This document shows, one piece after another, positions 47,414-51,012 of a stretch of 51,012 nt of DNA (the first letter of the stretch is position 1; every line of letters begins with the position of its first letter). A program made the translations under genes and the position numbers. The DNA is from an uncultured bacterium. GTDB taxonomy: Bacteria > Armatimonadota > HRBIN16. A model generated the notes under the pieces. That model did no database searches, had not been told where the DNA came from, and was given only the letters and a program-made list of their open reading frames with translations. The stretch is taken from positions 11,153 through 62,164 of the forward strand of contig CAZFLA010000008.1 of assembly GCA_964519405.1 (NCBI GenBank), written 5' to 3'.

Positions 47414-48563
47414 TTGGGATAAAGTGGTTACTTTCCATTTACGTCCGAAGAGCTTGATACGCGGTATCGCCATCGCAGCAGTTGCGATTACGGTTGGGTA
47501 TCTTATTGGTGTGGCAAATCGCCAGCCAGATATGCCACAGATAACGGGCAACAAGGCCGCTGCTGTCGGTGCTCCCGATTTTCGATCAGTAGCGAAATCG
47601 GCGCTGCCATCGGTTGTTAACATCAAGAGTGCCACAGTTATCCCCGGACGACGATCGCCCATGGCCGATGATCCCTTCTTTCAGTTCTTCTTTGGCGGGC
47701 AGGGAGACATGCGTATACCCGATAGGGTGCAGCAGAGCTTAGGATCTGGCGTTATTGTGAGCAAGGATGGCTTGATATTAACCAATAACCACGTGGTAAA
47801 TGGTGCCACACAGATTCAGGTTACATTAAGCGATGGCCGCAGCATGCAGGCTAAACTCGTCGGCACCGACCCTGGTGTTGATCTGGCGTTGTTGCGAATC
47901 AGTGCCAATAACTTACCTGCTATCACATTTGCGGATAGCTCAAAAGCGGATGTTGGCGAATGGGTATTAGCGATTGGTGCTCCGTTTGGGTTGAAGTCCA
48001 GCGTTACTGTTGGCATTGTCAGCGCAAAGGGCAGAAGCGATGTGGGGATCAACCTGTATGAGGACTTCATCCAGACTGATGCTGCGATCAACCCAGGCAA
48101 CAGCGGCGGCGCTTTGGTGAATGCAAATGGTGAGTTGATTGGTATAAACACCGCAATCTTCAGTCAGAGCGGCGGAAGCGTGGGCATAGGTTTTGCGATA
48201 CCAAGCAGATTAGCTCAACAGACAATGGCTACACTGCTGAAAAGCGGCACCATTACACGCGGTTGGCTGGGTATCATCCCATCGGACGATGCCGATGTGC
48301 CTACCGATAAGGGGATTGTGGTTGCCAATCTGTTCCGCAGCAGCCCTGCCGACAAAGTTGGCGTGCAGCCTGGCGATGTCATCGTGAAGGTCGATAACCG
48401 CTCATTTAAGACCAGCGGTGAGCTGAAAAGCTACATCATCGGCAAAAAAGCGGGTGAAAAGGTGAACCTTACGGTGAAGCGCGGCAGCCAGGAAGCATCC
48501 GTTGATGTGCCTGTCATGGACCACCCCTTTGACTCCAGCGGACGTGCTGTGCCCGGAATATAG
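47382..48563 (+). CDS. htrA: HtrA/DegP-family periplasmic serine protease with PDZ domain
   Basis: N-terminal anchor helix. Catalytic His (TNNHVV), Asp (DLALLRI) and Ser (GNSGGALVN). C-terminal PDZ (GVQPGDVIVKVDN). Overlaps ubiX by 32 nt. Confidence 0.88.
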   Translation: MIHAENPKVSDWDKVVTFHLRPKSLIRGIAIAAVAITVGYLIGVANRQPDMPQITGNKAAAVGAPDFRSVAKSALPSVVNIKSATVIPGRRSPMADDPFFQFFFGGQGDMRIPDRVQQSLGSGVIVSKDGLILTNNHVVNGATQIQVTLSDGRSMQAKLVGTDPGVDLALLRISANNLPAITFADSSKADVGEWVLAIGAPFGLKSSVTVGIVSAKGRSDVGINLYEDFIQTDAAINPGNSGGALVNANGELIGINTAIFSQSGGSVGIGFAIPSRLAQQTMATLLKSGTITRGWLGIIPSDDADVPTDKGIVVANLFRSSPADKVGVQPGDVIVKVDNRSFKTSGELKSYIIGKKAGEKVNLTVKRGSQEASVDVPVMDHPFDSSGRAVPGI

Positions 48564-48582
48564 CACACCGCTCCGAATCATA

Positions 48583-48624
48583 AAGCGAGCTAGGCCATTT
48601 ATCGTTGGTCTAGCTCGCTTTTCG
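48583..48624. terminator. Terminator between convergent genes
   Basis: 11-bp stem aagcgagctag / ctagctcgctt with a 16-nt loop, followed by ttcg. Confidence 0.55.
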
Positions 48625-48654
48625 TAATATCGGGCTTTCAGCAGGATGCTCTGG

Positions 48655-49836
48655 CTAACGTGACTTGCGCTTAGTCCATGCCTTAATTGCTGCTGCGAGG
48701 TCATTCAACCGAGAGCAGTCTGGCTTCTTGGCCGTTTCGTCTGTGCCAAGAATGGGGCACAAGAAGCCGCCCTCCGAGTGTTCATTCCATGCATATATCA
48801 ACACGCTGCTAGCTTCGCACTTGCTGGGGTTGGCTTGTATATACTCAAAGGCGTTGGTTAGCATCTTACCAATTTCACCCGATTTTGGTTCTTGATACCA
48901 CAGTGAATTTGGGTTGCGAGGACGGTCATCTGCACCGCTCATTAAGGGCACAATCACCTTACGTGGACCACCACCGATATCGCCATTACCAAGAAACTCA
49001 TCACTGATATGCCGCCACAACTCCGTGTATGGGGTTCCTGTTTTACTTGCTCCGAAGGCTCCTCGGTATGCGCTGACGGCGTCTAGTCCTGCTTCGTCGA
49101 TGTATCGAGCGGCCCATATCCCGCCAGCATTCATACCGACGATATATGGGTTACCCAGTTTGGCTTTGGCGAACTCATCGCGAAGGTATTTTATGCCTTT
49201 TTTGAGCTGATCAACCTGGTAATCTTTATCGCCCAGCTGCACTGACAACGCATCCGGTCCCATGATGTAGAACAAAGGGCGACCGTTAAGCACCTTTTGG
49301 TAACTTGGCTCCTTCATCAACTGGATATACTCAGCCACGTAGTTTCGCCAGTCACTCCATGCGGTTTCTGCTCCTGCAGTGGGTAATCCCGCACCAATAT
49401 GGTCACCAATGCAGATGAGTGCGAAGTTCACCCGTTTCTTGAGCGGGCTGTCGAGATAGGCCTGCAGGTTGTTCCTAAGCTGCCAACCATCGCCCTTACT
49501 TTTAAGGTAATGACAAAACGCGAAGTAGCTGATACCTGCATCCGAAGCGTACCGGATCTCCTGGTTGGTGACTTTTTGGATTTCACTCTGTTTATACTTG
49601 GGGTTGAATGCTAAAGGGTGCTCAGCGTCACCTGTGCGCTTAACAAACCAGGGTGCACGCCAGTGATACTGAGCCGGTTTTAAAAATCCAAACTCTTGCT
49701 TATAGCAGATATCAGGACTGCCGTTATACCCATCCCACCTAATCACCCCCACCAACGGATGCTTTGGAGCAGTGGCTGCGATGACGGAGCTAGAGAGTAG
49801 TATCACTGCAGATAATGCGGTAATGAGCAACTTCAT
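48655..49836 (-). CDS. Secreted protein of unknown function (possibly glycoside-hydrolase-like)
   Basis: Signal peptide MKLLITALSAVILLSSSVIAATA. 393 aa with coding-like composition. No catalytic motif was recognised with confidence. Confidence 0.6.
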   Translation of the reverse strand: MKLLITALSAVILLSSSVIAATAPKHPLVGVIRWDGYNGSPDICYKQEFGFLKPAQYHWRAPWFVKRTGDAEHPLAFNPKYKQSEIQKVTNQEIRYASDAGISYFAFCHYLKSKGDGWQLRNNLQAYLDSPLKKRVNFALICIGDHIGAGLPTAGAETAWSDWRNYVAEYIQLMKEPSYQKVLNGRPLFYIMGPDALSVQLGDKDYQVDQLKKGIKYLRDEFAKAKLGNPYIVGMNAGGIWAARYIDEAGLDAVSAYRGAFGASKTGTPYTELWRHISDEFLGNGDIGGGPRKVIVPLMSGADDRPRNPNSLWYQEPKSGEIGKMLTNAFEYIQANPSKCEASSVLIYAWNEHSEGGFLCPILGTDETAKKPDCSRLNDLAAAIKAWTKRKSR

Positions 49837-49861
49837 GGAGACGGGTTCCTCCTAGCGCGGA

Positions 49862-50887
49862 CTAAACACGAAGGTTAAGTGAATGCCTTTTGATAAGCTC
49901 ATTGACATGGATACCGCAGGGGGCTTGGTGATCGGCTCCGTTATCAAGCAGCCATTGAGCGAGCTCCTCGTGCCGGCATCGGCATGCCACATGCAGTGGT
50001 GACCATCCAAACGCGTCAGCAGCGTTCAACGATTCGGGGTGTTTGGTTAGTATCTGCAGAGCAATCTGATCGTCATTAAGGAAACAGGCTTGGGGCAGAG
50101 ATAGCTCCCAGTCATCATAAAAGAAGCTCAACGCGACCGCGATATTAATCGCACGTGCTGCAACTGGCTGAACAGCTGCTTCATCTGTGTATTTGGAGAT
50201 GACGCCAAACTCCTCCTGCGGCGATACATTCATGTATGAGCACTCATAACCGAAGAGCGCGGGGTTCATACATGCATTGAAAGCGTTGAGTCCGGTAAAG
50301 TCGCATTCGTAAGGGTCTACGTCAAGCAGCAGAAGGGCGTTGACGACATCATCATTTCCATGCAGAGCTGCCAGCACCATTGGCGGACGCCCATCGACAT
50401 CCAGAACCCGTGGATTTGCTCCGCTTAGCAACAGCTCTTTTGCAACCAGCGGTGTAAGGTAGTGGCATGCTGTGTGCAAGGGAGTTTGTCCTGTGGAGTC
50501 GAGTGAATCGACGTATGCACCATATCGCAGCAGTGTTTTCACGCTGAGCAGCGGTCCATATTTGCATGTGAGGTGAAGCGCCGTGGTCTGGCTGCCATCC
50601 GGTTTAATGATCGGCTCGTCGATATCGGCCCAATATTCCATGATGGTGCTAAGAAGCTTAGGCTGTTCGGCGATGGCTGTGGGCAGAAGGGGGGTGCTAG
50701 CGGCACCCTGTTCCAGCAACAACCTCAAGAGGTCTTCGTGACCCAGTGATAAAGCAACTTCAGCGGCTGAACAACCAGCCTCATCTGTGGCGCTGAGCAG
50801 CTCGGGGTTGTCGTGAAGCTGAGCAGATACCTGAGCTATTTGATTGCTTCGCACAGATTCGAACCATTGACTGACCAAGCCGTTCAC
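49862..50887 (-). CDS. Ankyrin-repeat protein
   Basis: Several ANK consensus blocks (TALHLTCKYG..SVKTLLRYGAYVD, GQTPLHTACHY...LLLSGANP, GWSPLHVACRCRHEELAQWLLDNGAD). GTG start and no signal peptide. Confidence 0.8.
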   Translation of the reverse strand: MNGLVSQWFESVRSNQIAQVSAQLHDNPELLSATDEAGCSAAEVALSLGHEDLLRLLLEQGAASTPLLPTAIAEQPKLLSTIMEYWADIDEPIIKPDGSQTTALHLTCKYGPLLSVKTLLRYGAYVDSLDSTGQTPLHTACHYLTPLVAKELLLSGANPRVLDVDGRPPMVLAALHGNDDVVNALLLLDVDPYECDFTGLNAFNACMNPALFGYECSYMNVSPQEEFGVISKYTDEAAVQPVAARAINIAVALSFFYDDWELSLPQACFLNDDQIALQILTKHPESLNAADAFGWSPLHVACRCRHEELAQWLLDNGADHQAPCGIHVNELIKRHSLNLRV

Positions 50888-51012
50888 TCTCCGACATTTA
50901 CTGATATTCTATTCCTAGTGTGCATTATACCGTCCGAATGGATGTATAACATGATATCGCAATGCGTCACCTAAAATGACACCGAACGATCAGATGTTTC
51001 GTCATCTAAAAT

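Overview
The window is 51 kb of bacterial chromosome. The organism is probably diderm, because an LptD-like barrel and many signal-peptide proteins are present. The lineage cannot be assigned by eye. Genes are densely packed and mostly preceded by GGAGG-type Shine-Dalgarno sites.

Layout:
(1) 1-14.2 kb is a housekeeping block: typA, alr, a FemAB-family gene, rluB, dnaN, parB, polA, rpsA and coaE.
(2) 14.3-30 kb is a large envelope and surface block. A tight three-gene operon (16069-27131) encodes an S8 subtilase and two orphan giant proteins of 901 and 1748 aa. All three end in the same C-terminal cassette of about 330-390 aa, finishing with a FlgD-Ig-like domain and a terminal Arg. The operon is bracketed by two paralogous TolB-N/LpoB/CsgG-like anchored proteins and followed by an LptD-like barrel carrying an N-terminal Ig-like domain. 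This is my best candidate for an undescribed system.
(3) 30-37 kb holds carbohydrate and membrane genes: glgA, an NPCBM-GH27 alpha-galactosidase, a URO-D-like protein and a 650-aa polytopic membrane protein.
(4) 37-44 kb is a repeat-rich accessory region abutting groESL. It contains a 167-bp tandem element at two loci (1.6 and 4.6 copies, with a perfect 334-bp higher-order repeat). It also contains a roughly 130-nt three-hairpin element in two copies whose substitutions preserve the structure, and a short 25-nt motif in four copies. These repeats bracket two paralogous secreted proteins with histone-H1-like Lys/Ala/Pro tails and an APH(3')-like kinase. A 70-bp duplicate of the groEL 3' end lies 1.98 kb from the real one.
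(5) 44-51 kb holds groES-groEL with a textbook promoter and CIRCE operator. Three 72-bp tandem units, each with a 23-bp palindrome, sit upstream of ubiX-htrA. A secreted protein of unknown function and an ankyrin-repeat protein follow.

No rRNA, tRNA, CRISPR array, transposase, integrase or recognisable defence gene was seen. All calls come from reading the sequence and the ORF track. Hairpin and repeat coordinates were counted by hand and may be off by 1-2 nt. No database search was run.
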